Shown here: piece by piece, positions 63,501 through 64,000 of the stretch
Layout of the letters: every line of letters begins with the position of its first letter
Numbering within the stretch: the stretch's first letter is position 1
Origin: Octopus sinensis
Taxonomy: Eukaryota
Assembly: GCF_006345805.1 (NCBI RefSeq)
Contig: NC_043000.1
Coordinates: 120,404,001-120,468,000 of the forward strand
Direction: 5' to 3'
DNA: 64,000 nucleotides
Translations under genes and position numbers: made by a program
The notes under the pieces: generated by a model
Databases searched by the model: none
What the model saw: the letters and a program-made list of their open reading frames with translations, nothing else
What the model was told of the DNA's origin: nothing

Positions 63501-64000
63501 AGTATTATTTACTTTTGTGCAGCTATAAGGTTTGCTTTCCTTGAGGAGTTTTTCGTTTTATTCTAATCTTTCATTGTTATATTTTCCCCTCATCTCTTTT
63601 CTTGCCTTTGCTTTCTTGTATTCCTTGCAAAAAAAATGGCATTTCCTCTCTCGACAAAGTTCATCCATAACTTCTTCATTTCTTTGAACCGTCTGAAGTT
63701 CTGCTCTTTTCCTTTGACTTCCCACATTAACAAATGACAGTGAGCTGATACTCTTGCTGTTTTTTTTACACGATTCTACAACTGTATTGAAGTCTTGATC
63801 TCATTACTTTATTATGATTTTTATTTTTGTAAATTATGTTTCACGTTTGAAAATAATTTTGTTTATGAATTATATTTTTTTCGTTTGAAAATAATCTTAT
63901 TTATAAAGTCTGCTTTTCTTTATTTTTTATCTCGTTTGAATATCATTCATTCTTATATTCTTCTATTTGTTTCAGTCGTTTGACTGCGGCCATGCTGGAG

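Overview
Eukaryotic, AT-rich, microsatellite-saturated DNA, probably intronic or intergenic. The SINE families and TA/CA/TACA/TAA tracts resemble an octopus genome (inference from recalled families, no search run). No intact host gene is recognisable; only a few weak exon candidates. Nearly all of the ORF track is translated microsatellite. Supported content: a frameshifted CR1/L2-group LINE (4410-7926); about 25 tRNA-derived SINE pieces from four head families (my labels A-D); three R4/Dong fragments in (TAA)n; an RTE 3' end; Penelope-like elements (PLEs) with GIY-YIG remnants; two mariner remnants; a Tc2/pogo-like element; an 8-bp-TSD TIR element carrying telomeric repeats; and two non-autonomous Helitrons. 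The two strongest unexplained signals are (1) several sequence-unrelated PLE-linked short elements sharing a minimal hammerhead-ribozyme-like fold with family-specific covarying stems, often in inverted pairs and sitting in (TA)n, and (2) a 39-nt 3' tail shared by the LINE and the commonest SINE, with a compensatorily changed stem-loop. Also notable: dimeric SINEs inserted as units, a 47-nt templated insertion apparently copied from 1.7 kb away, and palindromes repeatedly nested in SINE-internal microsatellites.
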